A stretch of DNA of 64,000 nucleotides from Fimbriosthenelais zetlandica (Eukaryota), in the NCBI GenBank assembly GCA_977030845.1, contig OZ365111.1, forward strand, positions 49,662,001 through 49,726,000. Reading direction: 5' to 3'. The position numbers and the translations under genes are program-made. Shown here one piece after another: positions 14,401-25,247 of this stretch (positions within the stretch are counted from its first letter, which is position 1; every line of letters begins with the position of its first letter). Below the pieces are notes generated by a model. It saw nothing but the letters and a program-made list of their open reading frames with translations. It made no database searches and was not told the DNA's origin.

Positions 14401-16879
14401 TAATTTGTCCAGGTCCAGGTTTGGTGTTTGTGGTCTACCCCTCTGCCTTAACCAGGATGCCTTGCAGTCCTTTCTGGTCCATCATCTTCTTCTGCATGCT
14501 CCTGACTATAGCCATGGACAGCATGGTACGGACAATTTATTTTTTGCTTTTACTATCTTTGGCAAACATACAATAAAATCTCCATTTGTGAACACCTCTC
14601 ACTAAGGAACACCTATATGAATAGTGAAGGCTTTTTTGCAGGCCCAAGTTCTCGAAGTGTCGTATACGACTCCCTCTGATTAGGGATCATGCACCTCGAG
14701 CCATAATTGTGAAGAATGTTTTTCTCATTATCCAAAGTTTTCGTTATACGATTACGTTTTAAATATAGAGTAAAAAATTGTTTTTGCTGTAATTGGCAGA
14801 AGTTGCACTATGTGTAAATGTTTTAGTTTTTGTTTTAGATTTTCTAATTTATCTTTTTGCACAATCTTGTGGAAGTTATAGCGTTGTAAATAGAAAATAA
14901 TATTAATAGATTATTTATGCCATGACATGCCCCTTTCCCCCTTACATTGCCCTTGGTCACTAGTGCGGTCTGCAGTCATTAATATCGTAAAAAAGAAAAA
15001 TGACCTAAACAGAATATTTATTGTGTCATGGCATAAAGATGTTAGAATCATTTAGCGTTATTTTAAGTTAATACTGTGAATACTGTGTGTTTCAGTTCGC
15101 CACGTTTGAGACGTTCCTCACGGCTATAGTAGACGAGTTCCCGTCACAGCTACGTCATAGGAGGACGCTGTTCACCGGTGTCATGTGTATAGCCTTCTAC
15201 ATACTCAGTCTGCCCCAAGTCACCAGCGTGAGCCACTGTTCCTCATTCATCCTGTCCAACGTCAGGCTTCCCTTAAGCCTGGAACACACTAATCTGATAC
15301 TCCAATCCGTCGCCATCCGAACCTCCATTTCTAAAGGCATCTAATGATTGAAATTTTGTCAGAGGTTAGCCTTACCTAGGTGTAATTGTCTGCTTAAATT
15401 ACAAGCATTTAGTGTGAATAGAAATATAGTTTCGGACAGCTATCGGATGGAGAATCGGATCAGTGTATCCCAGGCTTTAGTCATGAAATGTCAAACTCTG
15501 GACATGCACTTCAGAGATGACATTTTTTCTTTTTTCTTTTTTACTTTTTCCCTTTCCCCCTACCCCACTCACAGTTAATACAAGAAACATTTTCAAATTA
15601 GAATATGATTTTTTTTCAGGCTGGCATCTATATCCTGACTCTCCAAGACTGGTATGTGGGTACCTTCCCTCCGCTCTTTGTCGGTTTTGGGGAACTTGTA
15701 GTTATCAGCTATGTTTACGGTAAGCCCTCTTCAAGAATCAAACCGTGGAAATTGTCCTTTTTTTCTGATGTTTGCTTGAATATTTTAAGCTATCCTTCAT
15801 TATAAAATAAACTTTTTAATAGGAATAGCAGTAAAATGTACAAGCTAAATATGAAGAGTTTGCTTTTAGATTGGTGCTTTTTTTTGGTATATTTAATAAT
15901 GTAATTTTCTATACGTTTAGGATACAAGCGTTTTGCTAGTGATATACAGTTGATGTTGGGTACGCCTCCTAACTGGTATTGGAAGGCTACATGGATGTTC
16001 ATATCTCCTACCTTCATACTTGTAAGTTATAGCATTTTTTTGTAAAACAAAACTGTCAAAAAATATCCTTTTTTAGGATTTATCAAACTAAATTTTATAA
16101 ATCCTGATATTCACACCTCACTCGCGACCACCCAGGGACCGAACCAATGTTTAATTTTGTTCTTTTTTTCCAGTTTATCATCATATTCAACGCTGTCTTG
16201 TATACACCGGTGTATTTGGGTGATTACCATTATCCTAAGTGGGCTGAGGTTCTGGGCTGGTTACAGGCCGTCCTGGGACTCGTCTTTATCCCAACATGGA
16301 TGGTGTATCTCCTACTGAAAACAGGAGGCTCATTCAAGGTAACTATCATGATCATAGTAACTGGTAACTATCATAGAAACTTTAAATATTTAAAAAACAA
16401 GTTTTCATTGAATTGATCAGACTTCAAGAACTTTTCCCCGAAATATTGTCTCGAAAAGATATGGAATATATAGAGGAAAACATTTTTGAAATTTTCTGAG
16501 CCATAATTCAAAATGGCTGCTATTATTAAATAAAAATTCTGGTTAAAATACATTTTAATTTTGGCTCCGATGTTTGTCTTTTGCCTTATAAAATCCATTA
16601 ATCCATTCCAGTATCAAGGAATGTTAAGTAATAGGGAGTCTTCGCTTCATTTATCTGAAACAATAAATGGAAAACCTGTTTTTGTTTGAATTTCAGGAGG
16701 CCTTTACTATTGAAAACATCAGAGCTCAGCTGAAACCATCACCGAAATGGCGGCCAGCGGTGGAACGCGAACGAGAGGCTAGAGAGAAAGAAGCGGCGGC
16801 TAATCTCCTTACACAATCCGAAAAGAACGGCGAACCACCTTCATATAAAGAAATGTTAATGAGCGAAATTAAGGCATAA
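8486..16879 (+). CDS. SLC6 sodium:neurotransmitter symporter, glycine-transporter-like (GlyT1/GlyT2/PROT group); 5' coding exon(s) not firmly identified
   Basis: 14 GT-AG exons with consistent phases: 8486-8624, 8940-9071, 9198-9383, 9822-9960, 12093-12225, 12639-12773, 13070-13173, 13540-13664, 14413-14525, 15096-15227, 15620-15719, 15921-16021, 16174-16338, 16697-16879 (stop TAA). Motifs: [29 protein letters not shown], LPWxxCxNxWNTxxC, [28 protein letters not shown] (close to GlyT1 TM6), [16 protein letters not shown] signals near 17230-17250. Confidence 0.93.
11044..11405. mobile_element. Tc1/mariner (pogo/Tigger-type) MITE, 362 bp, in SLC6 intron
   Basis: 25-bp perfect TIRs CCGTACTTGCCGGTGTATAACGCGC flanked by TA on both sides; internal repeats of gcgcgttatacaccgg. 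Confidence 0.9.
12311..12497 (+). repeat. 42-44 bp minisatellite family, locus 1 (4+ units)
   Basis: Units of atgtaaaaggccagccatgtctgccactgtctgtggtgag.. start at 12311, 12355, 12397, 12439 and 12481 (partial). Confidence 0.95.
13310..13378 (+). repeat. Single degenerate unit of the same family with its gctgctaactggg leader
   Basis: gctgctaactgggttatcaaag..cagccatgtc..tgtctatggtgagag. Confidence 0.6.
14171..14308 (+). repeat. Minisatellite family locus (~3 degenerate units)
   Basis: gccagccatgtctccccctgtctgtggtgagtcatgtaaaaggccaactatgtc... Confidence 0.8.
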
Positions 16880-17432
16880 GTTGAACAGTTCTGCATATTA
16901 TTGTTGTATTAAAAATGTATATCTTATTTTTCTACACAATTTGCCTCATGTACAGGGCAGAATCGTTCATTTCATTCAACTTTGTGATGTATAAATAAGG
17001 CCAATGTCGTATCCGATTCTAATTGTTGATATTGACATCTTAATAAGTATTAGTTTGCTTTTTTAGGGGAAAAGAGGGATTTTATTTCTGACAGCTACTT
17101 GCCGTTGAATCTCATACTTAATAAGAAGTGCACCCATGTGAATATAAGGGTTTAGGAGGTAATGCAAATTGGACAGACTTATTTTAATGTACAGATCGGA
17201 CACACGTATATATATATTGTAAAAAAATAAACAAAATCTGTAATAAATTTTTTTTCAAAACTTGAGTTTCTTTGTGTTCTTGGCATAAAAAATGTTTGGT
17301 TTCAGCATTAAATTTTCCATAATTGGTTTTTGGACCTTTTTGTATAATTCATAATAAAGAAAGAAACCTGGATCCCAAAATTATTATGACATTCTACCCC
17401 TCCGGGTTATTAGGCCTACCCTACATCGGACA

Positions 17433-17503
17433 GGGTAGACCAGGAATCGAACCCCGGTCTCTGGCGTTGCAGGACAGTGTCTTACCTCTAGACTACCTGG
17501 CTC
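17433..17503 (-). mobile_element. tRNA-like sequence (degenerate tRNA-Cys(GCA)-like or SINE head)
   Basis: Minus strand: A box TAGTCTAGAGG, intact D stem gtct/agac, anticodon loop ctGCAac, B box GGTTCGATTCC; acceptor stem pairs poorly. Confidence 0.65.
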
Positions 17504-17580
17504 ACAGGTCAGTCTACTAGACGCCCTCAAATTTAGCCTGAACCACCGAGGACAAGGATGAATCAATGCTTATGATTGTT

Positions 17581-17937
17581 TTGCCCCCCCCCCGGACCCC
17601 TCCCTGGCCCCCAACGTCCATCCCCACCCCCATGTCTAGGCCCAGCACTCCCACCAACTCCCTTCCAAACCCCCAGCCAGATTTGAAACGGCTAACCTCT
17701 CAAAATCCCTCGGAATAGCCCACTATGTAGGTACTGCCCATAGGCTCCAATGTTAAAAAATATTTAGCCCCCCCAGACCCCTCCCCGGCCCCCAACCTCC
17801 ATCCCCACCCCCGTGTCTACCCCCAGTACCCATCCCAACATCCTCCAAAAAAAACCAGCCCGATTCGGAACGTCTAACCTATTTAAATCCATCGGATTCA
17901 GCAAAAGTGTCCCTCCCATAGGCGCAATGTTAAAAAT
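17581..17937 (+). repeat. Two diverged copies of a ~180-bp C-rich unit
   Basis: gacccctccc.ggcccccaac.tccatccccacccc..tgtcta ... cccataggc.c.aatgttaaaaa occurs twice. Confidence 0.85.
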
Positions 17938-18643
17938 CACTCACGATTACATGGATGTGTGCTACTGAGCCGGTTTCCCAGTCCACCCCAATCGGCCTTT
18001 TCTCTATCTGATACATATTATTTCCACTCAAGCCCACGGTTATGTATAGCTTATGACCTCTACTGATAAACCCCAAAAGAGCGGAGACGAAAAACTAGGA
18101 AAACCCCGATTTCTGCGAAGTCGACAAATCGGCCGCGTACATACAGGCCTATAATTTGGCCTTTTATAAACCTTAACAGCGCCCTCTCACTAAAAGTCGA
18201 AAAAGTTGAATAACTTTTTAAATAACGGGTCTAAAATTACAATTTAAACGGATTATTCTTAGTTGGAAGCACCTCCAGGTATCTCTGTGGTTTTTGTGGA
18301 ATTAAAGTTAATTTAAAATTTCAGATTTTGAAAATGTTGTCAATTTGAGGTCTATAGCATTGATCTCTATGGAAGGAGCAAGCCAGCGCTATGAAGCGAC
18401 CCGAGATATGTAGCGGCCAAAAGGTGAACTACGCTGCTAGGATCTAGCCAGCGCTGAGCGCCTGTACACCTGGCCATATAGGAGTTCCTCAGTCCTAGGT
18501 TTCTGATGGCGGGTCAAGAGTAGGGTTCGTGGGGTCGAACCCCCCCCCCCCCCCGCCCCCCTGGCAAGGGCTGAATATTTTTTTGAATGAAAATCCTGTG
18601 ATGTACGTATTCTTTCAGAGTTAATAGTGTAGCCGATTTTCAA

Positions 18644-18835
18644 TGGCTCTACAATATAACGGCTCTATAATGTTACGGCTCTACAATGTTATGGCTAGCC
18701 TGACATCCAAGCCTCACGGACTACGGGGGAGGGACGGATGCTCTGTCTATGTTATGGCTCTACAATGTTATGGCCCTACAATATCACGGCTCTACAATGT
18801 TAGGGTACTACAATCTTACGACTCTGCAATGGCTG
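18644..18835 (+). repeat. 16-bp minisatellite (ggctctacaatgttaY) in two short arrays
   Basis: About 3 and 5 units separated by ~55 bp. Confidence 0.85.
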
Positions 18836-19258
18836 CAGTATAGGCTGGGGAGGCGAGGCTTGCCATACGTAGTTCACTATTTCGCCGCTAGAAATCTGGG
18901 GTCGCCACTGCCGCGCGTGCTTGCTTCTTCCATAGATAGGGAGGGTACATACAAAATAAAATAAGACGAACCCGTATTTTTTCGCGGTAACTAATTAGAA
19001 GGGATATCCAGGAAGTTAATGCTTTTTAAATTTTGTTTCTATTCCCAGTAGAAGCTGAGAAATTGGCTCACTAACATTTGAAATATTGCAAATACTGCAC
19101 CCATAGACGCTAGTGCTAAGTGGTCGCGGTGCCTGGTTGAAATGTGTGATCGAGAGCGTGGCTACTGCCGGACTATTGCCTTACTGCCTATAGCGCTTCA
19201 GCAGTAGGCCTACCATGAATATTATGCAATATATGTGCACCCACCCCAGCCCTAAATA

Positions 19259-19457
19259 TGGAAACGCAAATGTAGGCCTAACCATAATCTCCGCGGGCCC
19301 AAAACCCCGCCAGAAACCCGAAATCGCCATAAAAATAGCACTGGAAACAAGAAACGGAAACCCGATTTCGGTCTGCAGAAACCCATCTATCCGGGATACT
19401 TTTCTCAAAATATCCCGGTTTCGGGCGTGGGGGGTTACAGTAACATTTGCGTTTCCA
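19259..19457. mobile_element. ~200-bp MITE with 15-bp TIRs and TA flanks
   Basis: TA-TGGAAACGCAAATGT ... ACATTTGCGTTTCCA-TA. Confidence 0.7.
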
Positions 19458-20143
19458 TAGTATGACTGTGTCCACAGGCGCGACTGTACTTGGTCCTCAG
19501 ATCAATGGCGCTGCCATGACACAACTTAAGACTCGACCTCAAATATTCATTTCCAAAGGGGTATCAAAGATATATCACCTACAAAGTTCATATTCATACA
19601 AACTGTAGGCAACCTGTTGCTTTACCATGTTATGAAGGTCTTTTTTAAGTCTGGAAGATATTTTAGTCGCAATCACTCGTTGAATGTAATCAATATTCAG
19701 GCAAAGAATACTACTTATTTACTTACATAAACACAGTCACTTTTGGTATTATTCAATTAGGTTAGCTTCTCTCTACACAATGGTGGTAAAATGACAGCTC
19801 TGCGAATAAAACGTTGGTCGCGGGTACCGTTTGAAAAGTTGATCTTCCAAGACTTTATTTTGCTGTAGTTCTATAGTGAGTCACTGTGGAGTGCAATTGC
19901 AAAAAGTCGCGAACCAAGCGGTGTTCTCCGTACCTACCATAGAGTCCAATGCTGTGACCTCAAATTGACAACATTTTCAAAATCAGAAATTTAATATTAA
20001 TGTCATTGGCACAAATAGTATGTCCTAACATAGTTCGGCTCTCAACTAAGATTATTCAGAAAAGATCGTAATTTTAGGCCCAGTAGTTTTCGAGGAATTA
20101 AAGAAATAAAAAATCTGTCATTTTTATGAACTACTTACAAACG

Positions 20144-20418
20144 CTCGAGGCGCGCATAATTACGGCCGCTAGAGGAACTACGTCCCATTCAGTTAACGTT
20201 GGCCTCTTAGTTTCGTATATACATTGCTTAGATATATATCCAAGCTAGAAGCAACTTATAATATATCCTTCGTTGCAACGGGTCCTATATAGGTGACATA
20301 TATATTAATTATGTCTAGCTGGTGATCTAAACTACCGGTATTTATACGAAACTAAGAGGCCAACGTGAAACTAAATGGGACTCAGTTCATCTAGTTGCCG
20401 TAATTTGCGCGCCGCGAG
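20144..20418. mobile_element. 275-bp foldback element with ~76-bp inverted arms
   Basis: 20144-20219 versus 20343-20418, including a perfect acgttggcctcttagtttcgtata core; no clear TSD. Confidence 0.8.
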
Positions 20419-20546
20419 TAGGGTATCAGGCGCGTCTAGCATACTTTAGGGAATCTATTATAGAGAATCAGACGCGTCTACTATAGGGAATCTATAGGGT
20501 ATCAGACGCGTCTAGCATAGGGAATGAATCTATAGGGTATCAGACT
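20419..20546 (+). repeat. ~35-bp tandem repeat (tagggtatcagacgcgtctagcatagggaatcta), 3-4 copies
   Basis: Directly visible, abutting the foldback's right arm. Confidence 0.8.
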
Positions 20547-20808
20547 GTCTTTAGCTGAACTCCATTGCCCAACATCGGGAAGTTTACTTGGTAAATGAAT
20601 GCATGTACGACGATTCAATAGCTATCGATGCTGAATATTTATTAAAGGAGATACTATATAAAAAGGTGTTTTAAAATGTACAATTTACTTTATAAAAGCG
20701 AGTAAAATGTTGTGCAATCTACATGGGTTTAATTATATCCTTGAGTAGTTCGGTATGCACAAAAATGTCCAGGAACATTAAGATGATTTGTATCATTTCT
20801 TCCTAAAC

Positions 20809-22080
20809 TCAACACTCTAGTTCATCTTCGTCCTCATCTTTCTTACACCTCCTACATTTCTCTTTCAAATCAATAAACATCAATTTCATGATCACTCTAA
20901 ACTTCTTACAGAACGCCGTGTAAATGAGGAACTTCACTGGGCTGCTGAGGACAGTGGAGAGATTGGCAAAGAGCAGCATGGACGTCAAAGTGTCACTACC
21001 TATGATGTCAAACTCGAACACCATCTTATTTTGCATCAGTTCTATGGCGTAGAAAGTGGTGAGAGGCAATTCCACCAGAAGAAAGAGTACCAGGAAGGCT
21101 AGTATCAGTCCAGTATCGTACTTCCCTTCCACCAACTGCACCAAGTAACACTTCAGTCGAGTTCTGTAAGTAAACATCACCATCTTGTCCTTGGGGTATC
21201 TCTCCCTTATCTTTCTAATGATGATTCTAAGTGTCAAGTAAAACACCATAAAGCAGGGTATCACATGCAAGGCTAGCGTTTTAAAACAGAAATAAACCTT
21301 GAAGTAGACACTGGTGAAGGCATCCACAAAGGGTGCGAATTTTGAGGTGCAGGCTGTCACTGTTGCCCCGAGTGTCACCCTTGATGGTAAATCCTTCGGT
21401 CCGAAGTCTGACTCAAAGATCCGGGATAATTGACTGCTAAGGGCAAGTATGAAGATGACAATGACACATTGGATGGCTCCGGGGGCATGACTGACACACC
21501 AACGCTGTGTTTCCAATGGCTTACAAATAGCCAGGTAACGCTGACCTGCCAAGGCAACCGTCAGCCACACCGATGAACCGTGGAAAATAGTTGGTAGGAA
21601 CTCCAACATCCATAGAGATACGTAACACCAAGGGTATGGCACCCACTCTATGTAATTACCCAGGGTGAAAAAGTATAAAAACGGAGGCACCGGCCAGATT
21701 GCCATGGACATTTCAGACAGGGCAATGGCGAAAAGCAGAGTTCCCGTTGCATTGCGCATTCCCTGTTGTGTTAATATTACGCAAACGAGACAGTTTGTAC
21801 ACAGAGTTAAAATGGCAAATATTGGCATGACGCAGCCATATAGTATGACTGTGTATTGATTTAATTCAATGGGCTCGCCTACGTTCACACGTCGTACGTT
21901 TTCCAGGCTCATGTAGCCCCAGTCTCGCGGGTCGAAGACGACGTGGGGCGGGACGTGAGTCGTGGAATGGTTCACTGACATCAAGGTTGTTGACAGAGTT
22001 GATGCCGTGAGAGCTCTGTCTGAGGAGTTTAATAACATGGAAGCAGCGAAGGCTGGACGAGCGACTGTCGTGTTATCCAT
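20809..22080 (-). CDS. Class A GPCR, sex peptide receptor / myoinhibitory peptide (allatostatin-B) receptor-like, single coding exon, 423 aa
   Basis: Seven hydrophobic segments. YGCVMP in TM1, TM3 FHGSSVWLTVALAGQRYLAIC (SPR-type QRY), LVELP in TM6, TM7 SPVKFLIY..KKFR. Acceptor at about 22275 for a 5'UTR portion of the exon. Confidence 0.88.
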   Translation of the reverse strand: MDNTTVARPAFAASMLLNSSDRALTASTLSTTLMSVNHSTTHVPPHVVFDPRDWGYMSLENVRRVNVGEPIELNQYTVILYGCVMPIFAILTLCTNCLVCVILTQQGMRNATGTLLFAIALSEMSMAIWPVPPFLYFFTLGNYIEWVPYPWCYVSLWMLEFLPTIFHGSSVWLTVALAGQRYLAICKPLETQRWCVSHAPGAIQCVIVIFILALSSQLSRIFESDFGPKDLPSRVTLGATVTACTSKFAPFVDAFTSVYFKVYFCFKTLALHVIPCFMVFYLTLRIIIRKIRERYPKDKMVMFTYRTRLKCYLVQLVEGKYDTGLILAFLVLFLLVELPLTTFYAIELMQNKMVFEFDIIGSDTLTSMLLFANLSTVLSSPVKFLIYTAFCKKFRVIMKLMFIDLKEKCRRCKKDEDEDELEC

Positions 22081-25079
22081 TGTGTGCTGTCTTCTTTCAG
22101 AGCTGCACTGGTTTATAGATCCATTCTGATTTTGATCAGGGTCTTTTCAAAGTTCCCTTGGTTCATGCTGATTTTCATCAGGGTCTAGTTTTCTGAGTTG
22201 GTTCATAGGTCCATGCTGAATTTGAGTAAAGTTGAAATATTCAGATGTCTATCAACAGCTTTGGCTGCGAGCACCTGAAAAATTGAGGAAATGTATTATA
22301 ATTCACTGTGAGCAATATGGGTGATTATATTGATGCTTTTAACACTGATGCAGAATATAACGAGTGAGAAAGATCTGGGCTCCCGGAAAACCCAAAATAT
22401 AAACTCCAGATTACTTATATATGTTTGAATATTACCTCTAACCCCATTCACTTATTTGCTAAATTGTATGCAAATTTCAAATGACAAAAAGCATCCGGGT
22501 ATCTAATATAAAACAGATGGGCCAACCGATCTAACATCAAAGGTATCTGCAAACTGCAGTGTCCATATTTTAAAGCAACCACTTTAGGAACTGAGCAAAA
22601 GGTGTCTCTATATGGGGGTTGTCACTGCAGGGGGTATTATAAGAAGAAAAGTGATGAACATAGTCGGTTTAGGGAGTGGTCGGGTCGGGTTATGGAATGG
22701 TCGGATGTTGGGGGAGCACTGTATAGCAATGAGAACATGACTTCAAATGCATAGACAGCTGATACTAACTCTCGTGCTTGGCATCATTACCACCAGATTT
22801 ATAGCAGATAGTCCCATGGGACTGCCATGCTTCACCAATATTTGTCAATCAAAGCCTGCGGAAGGCAGTGTGGAGGCTGGGAAAACCCTGCCTTCTGTAA
22901 AGAGTGTGTGTGAATGGTAATTATACTACATTGATGGATGGCTAGGCATGGCTGGTATTCCCTTCTATTCCAGGTCCGCGGTCTATTAATAGTATACACC
23001 TAATTCATCTGACACTGGCTCTAGCCTACTCCACTTCTCTAATTGAAGCAGTGATTATCTCCATAGCAATGCCTTTCAATCACCTAATTGGTCTTAAAAT
23101 GATTGGCCTGTAAGTTATTGTGTTGGTGTGGAATAATATGTGAGGTCGGTGTATGCTATAATGATGCAATTACCCATGCATGCAATTGCCTCATTTCCAG
23201 AATTTTGAAATTTCCAGATTTCCAGAAATTTACTGTTCTGGATTGTATTACAGATAATGATAAGGGAAATATAAGGATCCATATATCCTTTTTAAAAAAG
23301 GTCTTTGAAATTTATAGGATCTGATGAATTACCTTATAGTTTCCTCCAGGTATTCTCTGAAAAGTTCAAACAATATCAGAAGGTTGACTCCCATTTCAAT
23401 ACCTAGTACGTCTAAGTTTCGAAAATTCCCTTGCATCCAAGTAACCAAGTCCCCTTCATATTCCTATTTGATATCCTTTTCAATGGCTCTGGAGATGAAA
23501 TGCTCCATAATGCAATCAATGAAAGCTAGAAAGAGATTAGGATGAAAACCAGTTTTCCCACAAATGTTCCAACTCTGGCAGACTCGGGTATTAAGCCTAG
23601 TGCACTGCAATCAGTCATGATAATCCCAATTTGAAATCAATCCGATGTTCACTTTTTGTCATCATGCAATCTGAATGGCAATGAATAAGGCTTTAATAGC
23701 TATCCATTAAATGAGCTAGGATAGCTCCATGGCAGTAAGGTCCAGTGGTATGGTATATAATAGACATTAGTTGGTCTACTAATCACTGCAGGTTCCTCCA
23801 GTCAAATCCTGGAGGGCTTTTCTGTATAGGGTTAGAGGATAACACCTCTTTCACTGTACAAAGCTCTGGGCATCTATAACCTAGGTGTTGATCCTTGCAG
23901 GTATAGCCTAATACTGAGTGATATTGGTAGAATTGACCAAATTGATGTCAAGGGGATCAATAGCTTGGGTGTTGGAGCTTGCAGGTACCACCACTATTGA
24001 GTGGACGAATTGACCAGATTGGGTAGTAATAGGTTGGGTGTTGATGCTTGAAGGTACTAGAGTCTAATACTGGAGGAATTGACCAGATTGTGTACCACAG
24101 TTGGTAGGTGGTCCAGGCTGCAGGCTGGGTATATTGACTGGGCCTCCTTGGTCGTGTTGATTGGCCTGGGGCAATAGGAGCCAGGCATGCCTGGAGAAAT
24201 GATGGAACGCAGGAGCTGCTGCTGCAGCACTGCTATCACTACCTTCACCGCTAGCCTATCTTAAATAAAGGACCTGAGGTCTGGTGTAAGGGCGACACAG
24301 ACCCGCCTTAGATGACTTTGCCCTTAAGCCTATCCCTTATCCGTCCCCTATACATATTCTGGTGCCCTTACTGGGTCCTTTTAGATCGTTCTCTGTCCCT
24401 TGCTTTAAAACGTTTTGGGGCAATTCATGATAAAGGGTGCACGTGTTTATTTTACTTTAGATGATATTTTCCTTATCGTCCCTCTAGATTTACAATTATT
24501 GGCATGACCAGGCAACCATAATTGTTCTGGAAATATGACAACGACTTAGTCCACCCTTCCCATCATGCAGGCCCTTTCTTTTTCACATTCTTTTCCTTTC
24601 ATTTCTTTACTGTTGACACTATTCCCGAGAGTGAGATCAATCTGGTTTTATGGACCATCTGACACCCAGTTGCCTGCTGAATTACCTGCTGAATTGCCTG
24701 CCGAATCCCTGCTTCACCAACTGAGCGAAAAAAACTCATCCAATGAATACAAATCGCTGGCAATTTCCTGGTCTATCAGGGGAAATTAAATTAAAGTTTT
24801 TGGATGCTGAAAAAAGGTCCCAGCAGAGGCATGCTAATCTAATTGTAATACCCATTGGGTTTGTGCCATATCAGACATGCAGGCCGCTTTCTGGGTCCAT
24901 CGATTAGGGCTATTTATAGCAACTGTTATCTGGATCATAATGCTGTGGGTCCACCTGGATTTTCTCATCTAAAAAACACCAGACTCATCCCTAAATTCTC
25001 AATTCCCCTCCAGTCAGCCATTTAACCAACCCACCACACTGATACTTTATTATTGGCAAACTTTGGGATCAAGACCATC

Positions 25080-25247
25080 NNNNNNNNNNNNNNNNNNNNN
25101 NNNNNNNNNNNNNNNNNNNNNNNNNNNNNNNNNNNNNNNNNNNNNNNNNNNNNNNNNNNNNNNNNNNNNNNNNNNNNNNNNNNNNNNNNNNNNNNNNNNN
25201 NNNNNNNNNNNNNNNNNNNNNNNNNNNNNNNNNNNNNNNNNNNNNNN
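25080..25247. other. Assembly gap (168 N)
   Basis: Run of N directly visible. Confidence 1.

Larger units (their letters stand above)
18215..20095. mobile_element. ~1.9-kb segment bounded by long imperfect inverted repeats (putative non-autonomous DNA element with nested insertions)
   Basis: 18320-18372 is nearly the reverse complement of 19937-19988 (..gacctcaaattgacaacattttcaaaatc..); weaker similarity extends to ~160 bp. Confidence 0.6.

Noticed and set aside
17433-17503. Functional tRNA-Cys gene
   Set aside because: Acceptor stem largely unpaired, with mismatches in the anticodon and T stems; reported as SINE head or pseudogene instead.
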